In this document: positions 31,159 through 41,423 of the stretch, one piece after another
How positions within the stretch are numbered: position 1 is the stretch's first letter
Layout: every line of letters begins with the position of its first letter
Source: Treponemataceae bacterium
Lineage (GTDB): Bacteria > Spirochaetota > Spirochaetia > Treponematales > Rectinemataceae
Direction of reading: 5' to 3'
Assembly: GCA_963678065.2 (NCBI GenBank)
Contig: CAXXVZ010000003.1
Span: forward strand, 2,304,001 to 2,368,000
Length of the DNA: 64,000 nucleotides
Notes under the pieces: model-generated
The model's database searches: none
Told to the model about the DNA's origin: nothing
What the model saw: the letters and a program-made list of their open reading frames with translations, nothing else
Program-made: the position numbers and the translations under genes

Positions 31159-32385
31159 TCAGGAGAGCGCGAGCCTCGCAAAAACCTTCGCGTCGCCGAT
31201 GATGTTGGCCATGGAGGCGCTCTCGTTGGGCTGATGGGCGGTCTCGTCCATCCTAGCCCAGACCACGCAGTCGTAGCCCGCCGTCCTGAGGTAGGCGCCG
31301 ACCGTGCCGCCGCCGATCCCCTGAGGTTTCGCGTCCACGCCGTAGACCGACTTCACCGCCTCCGCCAGAATACGGACGACGGGAGCGTCGGGCGCCGTCG
31401 CCTTGGACTGGTTGCTCTGCACGATCTCGTGGTGCATCCTCACGCCGTGCTTCTTCTCGACCTCGCGCATGAGGAGGTCGACCTGGGCGAGCACTTCCGC
31501 CACCGGGTAGCGGGGCAGGATGCGCATGTCGACGTAGAAAACATCGTCGCCGGGAATCGTGTTGACGTTCGGGACGTTGGCTTCCTTCTTGGTAGGACTC
31601 AGCGTTGTCCTGTCCGGGTCGAACAGCGGGTCCCTCGCGGTGAAGACGGTCGTTTCAAGGTCGTGTATGCGCAGCGCGAGCTCGCAGGCCGCGAGGAAGG
31701 CGTTCGCCCCCGAGTCCGGCGTAGAGCCGTGGGTCTGCACACCCTTGGTGACGACCTTGAGCCAGCAGATATTCTTCTCGGCCACCTCGATCATGGAGCC
31801 GTCCGGCAATCCGCCGTCCGGAATGATGATGATGTCATCTTTGCGGAAGAGGTCGTGCTCGCGAAGGAGGTACTGGATTCCGAACTTGGAACCGCACTCC
31901 TCGTCGGCGACAAAGAGAAGCTTGATCGTCCGCTCCGGGATGATGCCATTCTCCAGGAAAGCGAGGGCACAGAAGACCGAGGCCACGAGACCCTGCTGAT
32001 TGTCCTCGACCCCGCGGCCGTAGACCCGGCCATCCTTCTCCACGACCTTGTACGGGTCGGTGTTCCACATCGAGCGATCGCCCTCGGGCACGACATCGAG
32101 GTGAGTCATGATCCAGAGCCTCCCGCCATCGCGCGCGCCGGGAATCGTCGCGACGATGTTGGGCCTTATCCCTGACGGCACCCGCGGATCGGGCGCGTCG
32201 AGCCGGACCATGTCCTTTATGCCTCGCGCGGAAAGCCAGGCCTGGAGAGCCTCGGCCTTGGCGAGCTCCCCGACGCCCTCGGACTCGGGAGCGAGGGCGG
32301 GAATCGCCGTCAGAAGCGATTCGAGTTCGACGATGCCCGCAGACGAAGCATCGAGGTATGAAAAAACAGTTTGCTTGAGAGACAT
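31159..32385 (-). CDS. M20 family metallo-hydrolase (DapE/ArgE-like)
   Basis: HLDVVP, YGRGVEDN, DEE.GS, HGS.P, GGGT, AHQPNE. Confidence 0.9.
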   Translation of the reverse strand: MSLKQTVFSYLDASSAGIVELESLLTAIPALAPESEGVGELAKAEALQAWLSARGIKDMVRLDAPDPRVPSGIRPNIVATIPGARDGGRLWIMTHLDVVPEGDRSMWNTDPYKVVEKDGRVYGRGVEDNQQGLVASVFCALAFLENGIIPERTIKLLFVADEECGSKFGIQYLLREHDLFRKDDIIIIPDGGLPDGSMIEVAEKNICWLKVVTKGVQTHGSTPDSGANAFLAACELALRIHDLETTVFTARDPLFDPDRTTLSPTKKEANVPNVNTIPGDDVFYVDMRILPRYPVAEVLAQVDLLMREVEKKHGVRMHHEIVQSNQSKATAPDAPVVRILAEAVKSVYGVDAKPQGIGGGTVGAYLRTAGYDCVVWARMDETAHQPNESASMANIIGDAKVFARLALS

Positions 32386-32412
32386 GCTGCACCCCTTTTT
32401 AAGGATTCCGGT

Positions 32413-33387
32413 TCAGACGATGTGCTTCCTGTACGCTTCCCATGTAGTGGACACGAGGGTCCCGACATCCGAGAACTGCGCCTCCCAACCCAGAAGCTCG
32501 CGAGCGAGCGCGCTCGAGGCGACGAGCTTCGCGGGATCGCCAGGTCTCCTCGCCGTGATACGCGCGGAAATGGGCTTGCCCGTGATCCGCCGCGCCGCTT
32601 CCAGGATCTCAAGGACGGAAATACCCGCCTCCGATCCGAGGTTGACGACGAAGCTGGGGTTGCCGGCCGAGATCCTGTCCAGAGCCGCCACATGGGCCCG
32701 CGCGAGGTCGCTCACGTGCACATAGTCGCGCACGCCCGAGCCGTCGGGCGTCGGATAGTCCGTCCCGAAAATGCAGATCTCCGCCCGCATCCCGGCGGCC
32801 ACTTCCATGATGGCGGGGATGAGGTTGGCCGGGTTCTTCTCGAGACCTACGATCCTTCCCTTCACGTCGTAGCCCGCCGCGTTGAAATACCGTAGCGCGG
32901 CGTATTTGATGCCCTTCAGCTTGTCGTACCAGGCGAGCATCCTCTCGATCTCGAGCTTGGTGAATCCGTAGTAGTTCTCGGGATTCGTCGGATGCTTCTC
33001 GTCGATCGGAAGGTAGGAGGGTTCGCCGTAGGTTGCGGCCGAAGAGGAGAAAACGATTCTTTTGATGCCCGCTCGCGAGGCGGCGTTCAGGATGTTGATC
33101 GTTCCCGTCAGATTCTGGACCGAGTACTTTTCCGGGTTGATCATGGACTCGCCCGCGGCCTTGGCGGCGGCCAGGTGGATGAGGGCATCGAAACCGCCTG
33201 CCATCGCCTTCTCGAGCTCATCCGGGTCGAGAATGTCGCCGCGGATGAGGGTCTCGTTTTCGAAGAGATTGTCCACTGTGCCGGTCGAAAGATTGTCAAA
33301 AACGCTGACCGCGTGCCCCGCGTCCAGAAGCTCACGCGCGACATGGCTGCCGATGTACCCCGCTCCGCCGATCACAAGAACCTTCAT
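32413..33387 (-). CDS. galE: UDP-glucose 4-epimerase
   Basis: GGAGYIGSH, FSSSAA.YG, YGFTK, LRYFNAAG, RDYVHV.DLA. Confidence 0.95.
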   Translation of the reverse strand: MKVLVIGGAGYIGSHVARELLDAGHAVSVFDNLSTGTVDNLFENETLIRGDILDPDELEKAMAGGFDALIHLAAAKAAGESMINPEKYSVQNLTGTINILNAASRAGIKRIVFSSSAATYGEPSYLPIDEKHPTNPENYYGFTKLEIERMLAWYDKLKGIKYAALRYFNAAGYDVKGRIVGLEKNPANLIPAIMEVAAGMRAEICIFGTDYPTPDGSGVRDYVHVSDLARAHVAALDRISAGNPSFVVNLGSEAGISVLEILEAARRITGKPISARITARRPGDPAKLVASSALARELLGWEAQFSDVGTLVSTTWEAYRKHIV

Positions 33388-33436
33388 CCATTCCCTCCGT
33401 GGTGATCCAATCGTCCGTCTGAACCGAGTATACCCG

Positions 33437-33472
33437 AAAAAAAAAATCCGGTCACCCCGAAGGATGACCGGA
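33437..33472 (-). terminator. Rho-independent terminator after tRNA-Phe
   Basis: TCCGGTCA...TGACCGGA hairpin with a poly-T run on the minus strand. Confidence 0.75.
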
Positions 33473-33476
33473 ATCG

Positions 33477-33549
33477 TGCCGCCGATCAGAATTGAACTGA
33501 TGACACATGGATTTTCAGTCCATTGCTCTACCAACTGAGCTACAGCGGC
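33477..33549 (-). tRNA. tRNA-Phe(GAA)
   Basis: GCCGCTGTAGCTCAGTTGGTAGAGCAATGGACTGAAAATCCATGTGTCATCAGTTCAATTCTGATCGGCGGCA. Confidence 0.96.
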
Positions 33550-33606
33550 TCGAATGAGGCCATTTATACAGAAAGGTACAAGAAAGGTCAAGAGGGAGTG
33601 ACAATT

Positions 33607-34179
33607 TCAGTTCCCTGTCCCCCTGAAACTGGCCAAGAGGTAGGGTTTCAGCCGGACGACCTTGCCGTCGCGAGCCTGGAAAGCGAGCTGAAAGTACCTG
33701 ACCGCCTCCCAGTGCGGATCGCCCGCCCCGACCCGGAAATCCGTCGTGGGAAAGACGATCTCCGTGCCCTGATCCACAAGTTTCTGGGTGAGGTCGCAGA
33801 CAAAGTAGTTTTTCAGGGCTTCTTCCTCCCCGAAGTAGACCGCGATCCAGGCGAGATCCTTCCGTTCAGGACATTCCACGCTGAAATAGAAGCGGTTTCC
33901 GATGACGGCGAGGAAGACAACCTCGTCGATGTAGCGGTAGACATCGCCTTTGCTCTCGAGAACAGGCGTCTTGGGCCACTGCACCACCGGGCTGAATCCC
34001 TCCATTTTGGAGGCGCTCCCGTATTTCGCGCGCTCGGCCGGCAGGACGATCGGCGCCGGTTTGATGATAGGACGGGGCTCCGGATAGGAGTAATACAGCG
34101 GATTGGTCTCGCAGGCGGCAAACATGACGAGAAATAAAGCCGTCAGGGCCGCGCCCTGCACGATAGACCTGAATCTCAC
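33607..34179 (-). CDS. Hypothetical lipoprotein
   Basis: Signal peptide ending FAAC; GTG start after a GAAGGAGGG RBS. Confidence 0.65.
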   Translation of the reverse strand: MRFRSIVQGAALTALFLVMFAACETNPLYYSYPEPRPIIKPAPIVLPAERAKYGSASKMEGFSPVVQWPKTPVLESKGDVYRYIDEVVFLAVIGNRFYFSVECPERKDLAWIAVYFGEEEALKNYFVCDLTQKLVDQGTEIVFPTTDFRVGAGDPHWEAVRYFQLAFQARDGKVVRLKPYLLASFRGTGN

Positions 34180-34237
34180 CGCTGCCCTCCTTCATGGCTC
34201 CGTTCATGTCGACACGCTATCCTGCTATAATATCGAG

Positions 34238-36475
34238 ATGAACTGCGTCATCGTCCAGCCCCCCTTCGTCCAGCTCAACACCGCCTATCCCGCCGCCTGG
34301 TACCTCGAGTCTTTCCTCCGCTCGCGCGGGCACAAGGCGGAGGCCTTCGACCACTCCATCGAAACCTTCCACTCGATTTTCTGCCGCGCGGGACTTGAAC
34401 GCGTATTCGCGGACGCGGCTATCGCGTGGGATTCCATGTCGACGACGGCTGACGAAGCGACGCGCAGTCAGGTCGAGCGCTACTTCTCGAGTCGCAGGCT
34501 CTACATCGACTGGATCGACGACATCATGGCCTTTCTCTCGGGCGCCGATCCCGGCTTCGCCCACAGACTCGCGTCTGCGGCCGAGCGGCCAACCGGCTTC
34601 AAAACCGAGAACTGGCTCGAATCCACCGGTGGCCGCCCCGGCCCGGAAGAAGCCCGCATCCTCGCGACCCGCATCCTGGAGGACATCGCCGACTTCATCT
34701 CCTACGTCCTCGACCCCGATTTCGGCACGGTCCGCTACGCGGACAGGCTCGCCTCGGGCATAGCCGACTTCGGCGCCCTCGAGTCCCGCCTGGATTCTTC
34801 TTATATAATGGTAGAATTCTACCGTCCCCTCGTCCGCGCCTTTCTTGAAGCGCGGCCAGAGGTGGATATCTTCCTCGTCACCATTCCCTTCCCGGGCTGC
34901 CTCGCCGGCGCCCTCAGCCTCGCCCACGAGATCAGGCGTGCGCGTACAAGCCAGGCCCCCGTCCTCTTCGGCGGCGGCTACGTCTCGACAGAGCTCCGGA
35001 ACCTCGCCGATCCCCGCATCTTCGATTACTGCGACTATCTCTGTTTCGACTCGGGCTACGGCGCCCTGGACTCCATCCTCCGTTTCCTCTCCGGTGGGGA
35101 CTCAGGGGATCTGCGGCAGCTCATGTACCGCGACGCATCAGGACTCATCGTCCGTCGCGGCATCGACGGCGGCTCGGAGGAGGATGCCGATCGCGCTGAA
35201 ACCGCCGAGATGATAGCGACCACCTTCCCCGACTACTCGCACCTCGATTTCGGCCGCTACCTGCGCGTCGTCGACTCCGACAATCCCATGCACCGTCTCT
35301 GGTCCGACACGCCCTGGCTCAAATTCCATCTGGCCCACGGCTGCTACTGGCACCGCTGCGCCTTCTGTGACACGAACCTCGACTACGTCGCAAACTACAT
35401 CCCCGCCGATATCGACACGCTCGTCGCCGCCTGCGCGAAATCCGCCGAGGCCACAGGCCTCTATGGCATCCATTTCGTCGACGAAGCCCTGCCCGTCGGA
35501 AAGCTCCTCGCCTTCGCCGAGGCCAACCGCCGCAGACAGAAGGAGGGCAAACGCCCCTTCCATTTCTGGGGCAATGTCCGCTTCGACGCATCCTGGACAG
35601 CCGAACGCTGCGAGCTCCTCGCCTCCTCCGGCCTCGTCGCCGTATCCGGCGGCATCGAAATCGCCAGCGAGCGCGGCCTCGCGATGACCGACAAGGGCTT
35701 CGACCTCGCCGGCCTCGTCCACTGTCTCGTCGGCATGAAGAGCGCCGGGCTCCTCGTCCACGCCTACCTCATCTACGGCTTTCCCGCCCAGACCGAGCTT
35801 CAGATCGTCGAGTCGGCCGAGACAGTCAGGCAGGTATTCGCCTGCGGCCTCATCGACTCGGCCTTCTGGCACCGTTTCGTCCTCACCCGTCACTCCAGCA
35901 TGTACAGAGAATGGGAAGCCGGCCTCATTCCCGGCCTTGAGCCGGAGGACGCTCCGCGCCTCTTCGCCGACAACGACCTCTCCTTCGCCGGTTCGGCCCG
36001 CTTCGACCGCTTCGACGATGCCGTCACGGCCTCCCTCGCCGCCTGGATGTCCGGTGAAAGCCTCGACCGGCCCATCTGGGAGTGGTTCCCTGGCTTCCCG
36101 AAGAAAGACCGCGCCCTCCTGCCCCACCCCGAACTCATAGAATCCCTCATCGAGGCGGCCCAGTCCGGCATCGAATCCTCGCTCTGTGCGGCCCCTCCGA
36201 CCACATCGCGCGCCTACTGGACGGCCGGCCTCCCCATCTCCTCTGTCTCCGGCCGCAGCGCAGTTTCGGCAAGCGGCCTCTCCTGGACCCGCCGAGGTGC
36301 CACAGCCCATGCCCCCATGTCTGCCGACTCCGCCAGACGCATCGCCGCCGCTGTAGAGGAGCTCGCCGGGCGCCCCGAGGGCATGAATTCTGCGGACTTC
36401 CTCGCCTCAGCCTTTCCCAGCGACGACACGAAACTCCTCAACCTGCTGCGCGGCGATGGTCTTGTCTTTGTTTGA
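34238..36475 (+). CDS. Radical SAM protein (B12-binding-like N-terminus)
   Basis: PPFVQLNTAYPA; CxxxCxxC in GCYWHRCAFCD; HFVDEA; HAYLIYGFP. Confidence 0.88.
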   Translation: MNCVIVQPPFVQLNTAYPAAWYLESFLRSRGHKAEAFDHSIETFHSIFCRAGLERVFADAAIAWDSMSTTADEATRSQVERYFSSRRLYIDWIDDIMAFLSGADPGFAHRLASAAERPTGFKTENWLESTGGRPGPEEARILATRILEDIADFISYVLDPDFGTVRYADRLASGIADFGALESRLDSSYIMVEFYRPLVRAFLEARPEVDIFLVTIPFPGCLAGALSLAHEIRRARTSQAPVLFGGGYVSTELRNLADPRIFDYCDYLCFDSGYGALDSILRFLSGGDSGDLRQLMYRDASGLIVRRGIDGGSEEDADRAETAEMIATTFPDYSHLDFGRYLRVVDSDNPMHRLWSDTPWLKFHLAHGCYWHRCAFCDTNLDYVANYIPADIDTLVAACAKSAEATGLYGIHFVDEALPVGKLLAFAEANRRRQKEGKRPFHFWGNVRFDASWTAERCELLASSGLVAVSGGIEIASERGLAMTDKGFDLAGLVHCLVGMKSAGLLVHAYLIYGFPAQTELQIVESAETVRQVFACGLIDSAFWHRFVLTRHSSMYREWEAGLIPGLEPEDAPRLFADNDLSFAGSARFDRFDDAVTASLAAWMSGESLDRPIWEWFPGFPKKDRALLPHPELIESLIEAAQSGIESSLCAAPPTTSRAYWTAGLPISSVSGRSAVSASGLSWTRRGATAHAPMSADSARRIAAAVEELAGRPEGMNSADFLASAFPSDDTKLLNLLRGDGLVFV

Positions 36476-36589
36476 ACTGTAATTACGATTGGTAGTGCAG
36501 CGCGACATCTCTTCGGGACAAAAAAAAGCCGCGTCACTGCGAACAGGCCGCCTCAAGGGGCGAAACCTGCGCAACGCGCGGTTTTTTAG

Positions 36590-36639
36590 AAACTATGGGC
36601 GGTGCAAGAGTCGAACTTGCGACCCCCAGCGTGTCATAC
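36590..36639 (-). repeat. att direct repeat: duplicated 3' end of tRNA-Val
   Basis: 50 bp identical to 43406-43455. Confidence 0.95.
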
Positions 36640-37041
36640 GAGAGGAACGGCATTAGCCCGCGTTAACGCACTTAATCACGCGATGCATAAAACGTGATGA
36701 GGGAAGAACTAAGCTTCACCTGACTACTAGCCCAGTTTATCGCGGTTTAGTGCGCTTTGCAAGAGCGGGCGGTAACGTGGCGAGTGTCAACGGAAAATGA
36801 GACTACCACTAGCATTAGCTGGGGGTTATGTTTTGAGCATATAAAGCTCCCAGTTTTGACCGCCTCACAGAAGCCCCTTTTATAGAAGGCCTTTGAATAA
36901 TCGACGCGCAAGGGGTGTTATAGTATGCGACCCCTTTGGTTAATCGTTTTGAAAACACCCTAAATGGTAGCTTTTAATATTGCCATGTTGACTTTCTAAG
37001 ATACCTATGATATCTTTTCCCATTGACAAGAAGGGGGGAAT

Positions 37042-37557
37042 ATGGCAGGAAATATGCAGATAGGTATTAGGGTGTCGGAAGAAGAAAAAAAGGCCTTTGA
37101 TGTTATTGCAGATAAGCCCCTTGTAAAAAGCAATCGGGGCCTATTCCGCCAGTTTTTAGCAGTTTACCTTCCTTTCGGATCGTATGCCCTTCACCTAAAA
37201 GCCGCTGATCTTTCCGCCGAGATCGCATACCGGGAAAAAAAGGCCGAAGCCATAGCCGCCGAAAAGGCATCCGCATCTGAGGAAAAAGCCTATGAGCTAG
37301 AATTGGAAGCGGCCGCAAATACTGTCTTCCTGGGAAATGCTCGAATCGACGCCGAGATCGTGGTGAAAATGCTTGACCTCATCGCGAACACGATCGAGGA
37401 GGTTAGGAAGTCCCCCCTTGATATTCCTAATAATCGACAAGGTGTTAACCGCTTTGCTGAAAGCATGATACGCACCTACCGACTCAATACTGACCCTTGC
37501 TATCGGCGGAACATGGAAATCAATAGCCTAGTGCCGAAAGAGGACACGGACGAATAA
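37042..37557 (+). CDS. Hypothetical protein, possible ribbon-helix-helix N-terminus
   Basis: QIGIRVSEEEKKAFD strand-helix pattern; GGGGG RBS. Confidence 0.55.
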   Translation: MAGNMQIGIRVSEEEKKAFDVIADKPLVKSNRGLFRQFLAVYLPFGSYALHLKAADLSAEIAYREKKAEAIAAEKASASEEKAYELELEAAANTVFLGNARIDAEIVVKMLDLIANTIEEVRKSPLDIPNNRQGVNRFAESMIRTYRLNTDPCYRRNMEINSLVPKEDTDE

Positions 37558-37576
37558 GGAAACGGAGCAAAATGGC

Positions 37577-37861
37577 ATGAACGGGATCGCGCAAGAGCTT
37601 ATTATACAAAAAGATACATCGGATTCCGGGCAGAAAAAAATCCCCCGGATTCGCGGTCTCACCTCCCTTTCAGCGATACGGAAAGAGATTGTCAAAGTGT
37701 ATTGCGAAGCGAAGGCCGCCGGGGCAATCCCTGACAAGATTACTTTCTACCGTGGTTTGACCTACATTCTCTCGGCGGCCGCCCAGGTCAAGAAAGACGA
37801 ATCACTAGACCTCATAGAAGAGCGGCTAGAGAGACTTGAGGAGGCAAGGGGAAATGAATAG
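37577..37861 (+). CDS. Small helical protein, candidate packaging (small terminase-like) factor
   Basis: GGAG RBS; LTSLSAIRKEIVKVY...IEERLERLE coiled-coil end; function inferred from position. Confidence 0.5.
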   Translation: MNGIAQELIIQKDTSDSGQKKIPRIRGLTSLSAIRKEIVKVYCEAKAAGAIPDKITFYRGLTYILSAAAQVKKDESLDLIEERLERLEEARGNE

Positions 37862-38030
37862 AGCAATAATCGCCCGCGTTAACGCACTCGAAACGCGCAA
37901 TCGTCGCCTTGCTATTTTCCTTATCGATGAAGTGAAGCTCGGCCATGAAGCAGCAAGGGCGGAGATAGAGAAGATAGAGGTGGATTCAGAACGGCACGGG
38001 ATTGAGCCAATCTGTATCGTATTTGACTAA
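37854..38030 (+). CDS. Small hypothetical protein
   Basis: Overlaps the upstream stop (translational coupling); MNRAIIARVNALE. Confidence 0.55.
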   Translation: MNRAIIARVNALETRNRRLAIFLIDEVKLGHEAARAEIEKIEVDSERHGIEPICIVFD

Positions 38031-38170
38031 CGGCCCGGCCTTATCCGGGAAGGGCTCGGCCTTTTAATCCGAAGTAAGTGGCGCGCGCGGCCTTAATCCG
38101 CACGCTAACGGCCCGGCGAATCCGAGGTAAAGTGGCTCGGCCTTATTCCGAGGAAAAGCGGCTCCTTACG
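38031..38170 (+). repeat. Array of five GGCYCGGCCTTAATCCG-like units upstream of the capsid gene
   Basis: Direct reading; a homologous array lies on the minus strand at 41823-41915. Confidence 0.85.
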
Positions 38171-38200
38171 GGGAAGCATCCAACGAAATGAGGTGAAGTC

Positions 38201-39046
38201 ATGGCTCTTTCAGCCGCCACTATTCCCGTCCAAGTATCCCGCATGATTCTTGAGACTCTCAAGGAAATTCTTGTATACGCGAAGCTTTTCAATCAAGACT
38301 ACCAGGGGGAAGTATCCTTCGGCTCTGATTTGAAAATCCCTTCTATCGGAGCTGTAACGATCGAGGATTATGAACGGTATACCGACCTGACCGGCCAAAA
38401 CGCGGCCGACTCGTCCGTTACCCTGGCAATCAATAAACAGAAAGCTTTCGAGATTGTTCTGGACGATATCGACGAGGTACAGGCCGTCCCGAACATTCTT
38501 TCGGCCTATCTTGTGGATGCCGTCTTCGGCCTACAGAAAAAGATTGATACCGACCTGGCCACTGAGCTGGCAAGCGCGGGAACCCTCGTGACCGGTTTCG
38601 GGACTTCTACCACGCCGATTGAAGTCAACTCGGCCAACATCTGTACGCAACTCCGAGCGATGGCTATGGCTATGGACAACGCCCTAGTTCCGCGCATGGA
38701 TCGGGCTATCATCCTTCCGCCCTGGGCGATTGAGAAGCTCACCCTTGCTTCCATCGTCAACGCCACGGATAACACGGACGCGATGGCTAACGGCATCGTA
38801 GGCAAGTACGCGGGATTCAATATCTACATGAGCCCGCTTGTCCCTAACACGGCTTCGGCGAAGTATCGCATTCTCGCCGGTTCTCCCCGTTCCGCTACCT
38901 ATGCGGTTCAGATCGAGAAGACCGAGAAGCTTCGGCACCCTAAGCAGTTCGCGGACATCCTGCGCGGCCTTTGCGTGTACGGCGCGAAGACTACCAGGCC
39001 GGGTACTGTCATCAACGGCTATTGGAACCTCGCCGCCGAGGCGTAA
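38201..39046 (+). CDS. Phage major capsid protein (HK97 fold, P22-coat-like group)
   Basis: LV..KLFNQDYQGEV..G..LKIP.IG.VTI.DY, LAINKQK.F...DDID..Q, G.VG.YAGF.IY.S, F.D..RGL.VYGAK; GAGGTG RBS. Confidence 0.85.
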   Translation: MALSAATIPVQVSRMILETLKEILVYAKLFNQDYQGEVSFGSDLKIPSIGAVTIEDYERYTDLTGQNAADSSVTLAINKQKAFEIVLDDIDEVQAVPNILSAYLVDAVFGLQKKIDTDLATELASAGTLVTGFGTSTTPIEVNSANICTQLRAMAMAMDNALVPRMDRAIILPPWAIEKLTLASIVNATDNTDAMANGIVGKYAGFNIYMSPLVPNTASAKYRILAGSPRSATYAVQIEKTEKLRHPKQFADILRGLCVYGAKTTRPGTVINGYWNLAAEA

Positions 39047-39127
39047 CTAGACCCTAGTCCGGCCGCCGTTGGCGATAACCGGCTTAGATAGCGCTTGTGT
39101 GGCCATGGGCGCGCGTTCATTCGGTCT

Positions 39128-39160
39128 GCCCTCCCTGAGCAAAACGGGGAGGGCCTTTTT
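39128..39160 (+). terminator. Rho-independent terminator after the capsid gene
   Basis: GCCCTCCC...GGGAGGGC hairpin followed by TTTTT. Confidence 0.7.
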
Positions 39161-39261
39161 ATCGTTTACACCCCAAAATGTATCCATAAAGGTAACGCGA
39201 AAAATGAGCCCGCTGTAAGTCGCCCCCCTCTATCGAATTACAACGGGCTACCACTTGCCTA

Positions 39262-39573
39262 TTATGCTGAGAGCTTAGGATTCCATGGAGATTGTAGGCC
39301 CATTTCGTTAATGAGTAGCCCTTCACTGGGCGAGAGGTCGCCTTCCTCCGCGTCGTATGTTTTCAAGAGTAAGTCCCCGGCAAGCGCGAAAGCTTCCAGT
39401 TGGTCGCCAAGTAAGGCTATACGCGGATCGTCAACGAAAAGCTCGGCCGAGAGAACACGCGCCTCATTTCGCCGCGCCCGAATCCAGGAAACAAGCCCGG
39501 CCCTGTCGCCCCCGAAAAAGTCTGTTGCCCCTGCCATAATCTCCACGAATGTTTTCAGCTGTCGAATATCCAT
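39262..39573 (-). CDS. Hypothetical protein
   Basis: GGAGGA RBS before MDIRQL; follows the replication gene. Confidence 0.55.
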   Translation of the reverse strand: MDIRQLKTFVEIMAGATDFFGGDRAGLVSWIRARRNEARVLSAELFVDDPRIALLGDQLEAFALAGDLLLKTYDAEEGDLSPSEGLLINEMGLQSPWNPKLSA

Positions 39574-39637
39574 GTTCTTTTCCTCCCAAATAATCGGCCC
39601 CGAGGGCAGAGCCACAAGGCCACGCCCCCGGTAGCCC

Positions 39638-41152
39638 TTACCAGATTTCCAGTTCGTCATCGGCCTTGACGGGTAGCACTTCGCATCTGCTACCGCTACT
39701 TTCTGCTTCCTTGCTTATATCTTTATCAGGTATAACGTTAGGCTCGAATAGGGAGCGGGTAGCAGTTGATTCCAGGTAGCGCGCGAATATTTCCTTGAAG
39801 TCTTCCACGCGGTAAGCCCGCGCGTTCCGCCCCGCCGTCTTCATTTGAACAGATTGAATCCCGAACGGCTTCAAGTACCGTGCAAGGTTGTTTTTAGAGA
39901 ATCCCTTTCCCCCGGCGAATCCAGGCCACGGATGATCTTCAAGTGAAAGTAGATACTCTACAACCTCTTCAGAAGTGAATGCGGTTTTATAGGTAGCCGA
40001 GGAAAAGAGCGCTCGGAGGTCGCGGAGTAGTAGCGTCCTCACGTCGTCGTCGTCGCTATCAGATTGTGCGCATACCGCTATAGCTGCCTCTCGGGCTATC
40101 CTTGACCACTCTCCCCCAGCTACGTCTGCAATACGCAAAAGCTCGCGCCATGCGTCCGCTTGCCTGTCGTTCAATTCAATGGGTATTTGAGGGTCAATGG
40201 CAGCTATCTTTTTTTGACTATCCGTCGTCCATCTAACGATACGACGACGAAGCTCTTCAAAGCCTTGGTCTTGATCGGCGCGAAGGCGTTCGACCGTTTC
40301 CTCTCCCTTTTTCCGCTTCATCGGGATGAGGAGTGCCCTATCGGCCAGCGTTGACGGAAGATGTCCTATAAGCCCGAGAGCCTTCGGGCACCACGTCGAA
40401 AAAATACGCGGTTCTTGATCTTCGCCTGAGCATCGAATGGCATAGGCCGCCGTCCGTGAAAAACTCGCGTTGACAAGTGTCCTTAGGTCTTCATTTTCCT
40501 TGAAGATCGAATCCGCTTCGTCAAGAACAAGAGTAGGCCTAAACTTTTCAACTACCCTAAAGAGTGCAGCGCTTGTAATCGTAGAAGCAGGAAGGGCTTT
40601 CAAGGCAAGGCGTGATACTACTTCAAGAGCTGTTGTCTTTCCGCATCTTTTAGTTGCCGAGAAGAAAACCAAAAGAGGCAAACAAGCGGCATGATCGACT
40701 AGGTAGGACAAGGTAAGCCATAGAGCCATCGATTCAACCGCGTACGGAGGCGCTATCAGGAAGCGCCGAATCTGTTCGACCAATGAATCTAGAAGAGTTG
40801 CGCCATCTACGCGGCTAGGCCATGCCTCAGGCGCTTCTAGCGCGATTTCACGGCCCTGTGTCACCTTCTCGGGTTTCGCTTCCCGACGGATTCGATCGAG
40901 AAAAGACGGGCGGACTACATACTCTTTCGCTAGGGCCTTCCGCTGCGTCTCGTATTCCTCATCGCTCAAGGAAATAATTTTTTCACGAAGCCCGGAAGTA
41001 TCTGCTACCTCGCTACCATTTGCACCTATCTCGTCTTCCGATCTGCAATTAGGTTCGGTAACATTCGGTAGCGGTAACGGATTCAATCTGCTACCCGGTA
41101 TCGGGGCGAGTAAATCGGCGGCGCCGGGGGAAGGTAAGTCTTTATTTCCCAT
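39638..41152 (-). CDS. DUF3631-type P-loop replication protein
   Basis: P.PWP..VDG..LL, K.CGKTT Walker A, PTLVLDEAD, FSTWCPKA, L.DR..D.W..L..IA..AGG.W, LARYLKPFGI. Confidence 0.8.
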   Translation of the reverse strand: MGNKDLPSPGAADLLAPIPGSRLNPLPLPNVTEPNCRSEDEIGANGSEVADTSGLREKIISLSDEEYETQRKALAKEYVVRPSFLDRIRREAKPEKVTQGREIALEAPEAWPSRVDGATLLDSLVEQIRRFLIAPPYAVESMALWLTLSYLVDHAACLPLLVFFSATKRCGKTTALEVVSRLALKALPASTITSAALFRVVEKFRPTLVLDEADSIFKENEDLRTLVNASFSRTAAYAIRCSGEDQEPRIFSTWCPKALGLIGHLPSTLADRALLIPMKRKKGEETVERLRADQDQGFEELRRRIVRWTTDSQKKIAAIDPQIPIELNDRQADAWRELLRIADVAGGEWSRIAREAAIAVCAQSDSDDDDVRTLLLRDLRALFSSATYKTAFTSEEVVEYLLSLEDHPWPGFAGGKGFSKNNLARYLKPFGIQSVQMKTAGRNARAYRVEDFKEIFARYLESTATRSLFEPNVIPDKDISKEAESSGSRCEVLPVKADDELEIW

Positions 41153-41423
41153 AGACGTACCCCCGGTATGCCCTCAGCCCAGGAAGCAAGTGGCGCTTGC
41201 CCTTTCCCTCTCGTATGATTGAGAGAACCCAGTTTTCCCATTCGGACTCGGCTATGTCGGCGAGGTAATAGGCAAGTTGGTCACGGCTTATCGTCGGGCA
41301 AAGTAAGAAGGATTCTTCCCTAACTAGGAACAATTCGTCATGCCTGTTCAACCCTATTTTTGTCCGTGGGGTTGAGAGAACGCGACGTATCGCGGCCATG
41401 TTCGGCGTTTCAGCGGTGCTCAT
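41142..41423 (-). CDS. Hypothetical protein
   Basis: Overlaps both neighbours in an operon. Confidence 0.55.
   Translation of the reverse strand: MSTAETPNMAAIRRVLSTPRTKIGLNRHDELFLVREESFLLCPTISRDQLAYYLADIAESEWENWVLSIIREGKGKRHLLPGLRAYRGYVYGK

Noticed and set aside
33388..33591. N-terminal extension of galE
   Set aside because: Runs through tRNA-Phe and its terminator; the real start is MKVLV after a GGAGGG RBS
29205..36310. Many long alternative-frame and antisense ORFs
   Set aside because: Expected shadows of GC-rich coding DNA; no motifs
38031..38170. CRISPR array
   Set aside because: Units are degenerate, gaps are only ~5-10 bp and there are no cas genes
38201..39046. Encapsulin
   Set aside because: Size is similar, but the motifs and integrase/replication context fit a phage capsid; no cargo enzyme is adjacent
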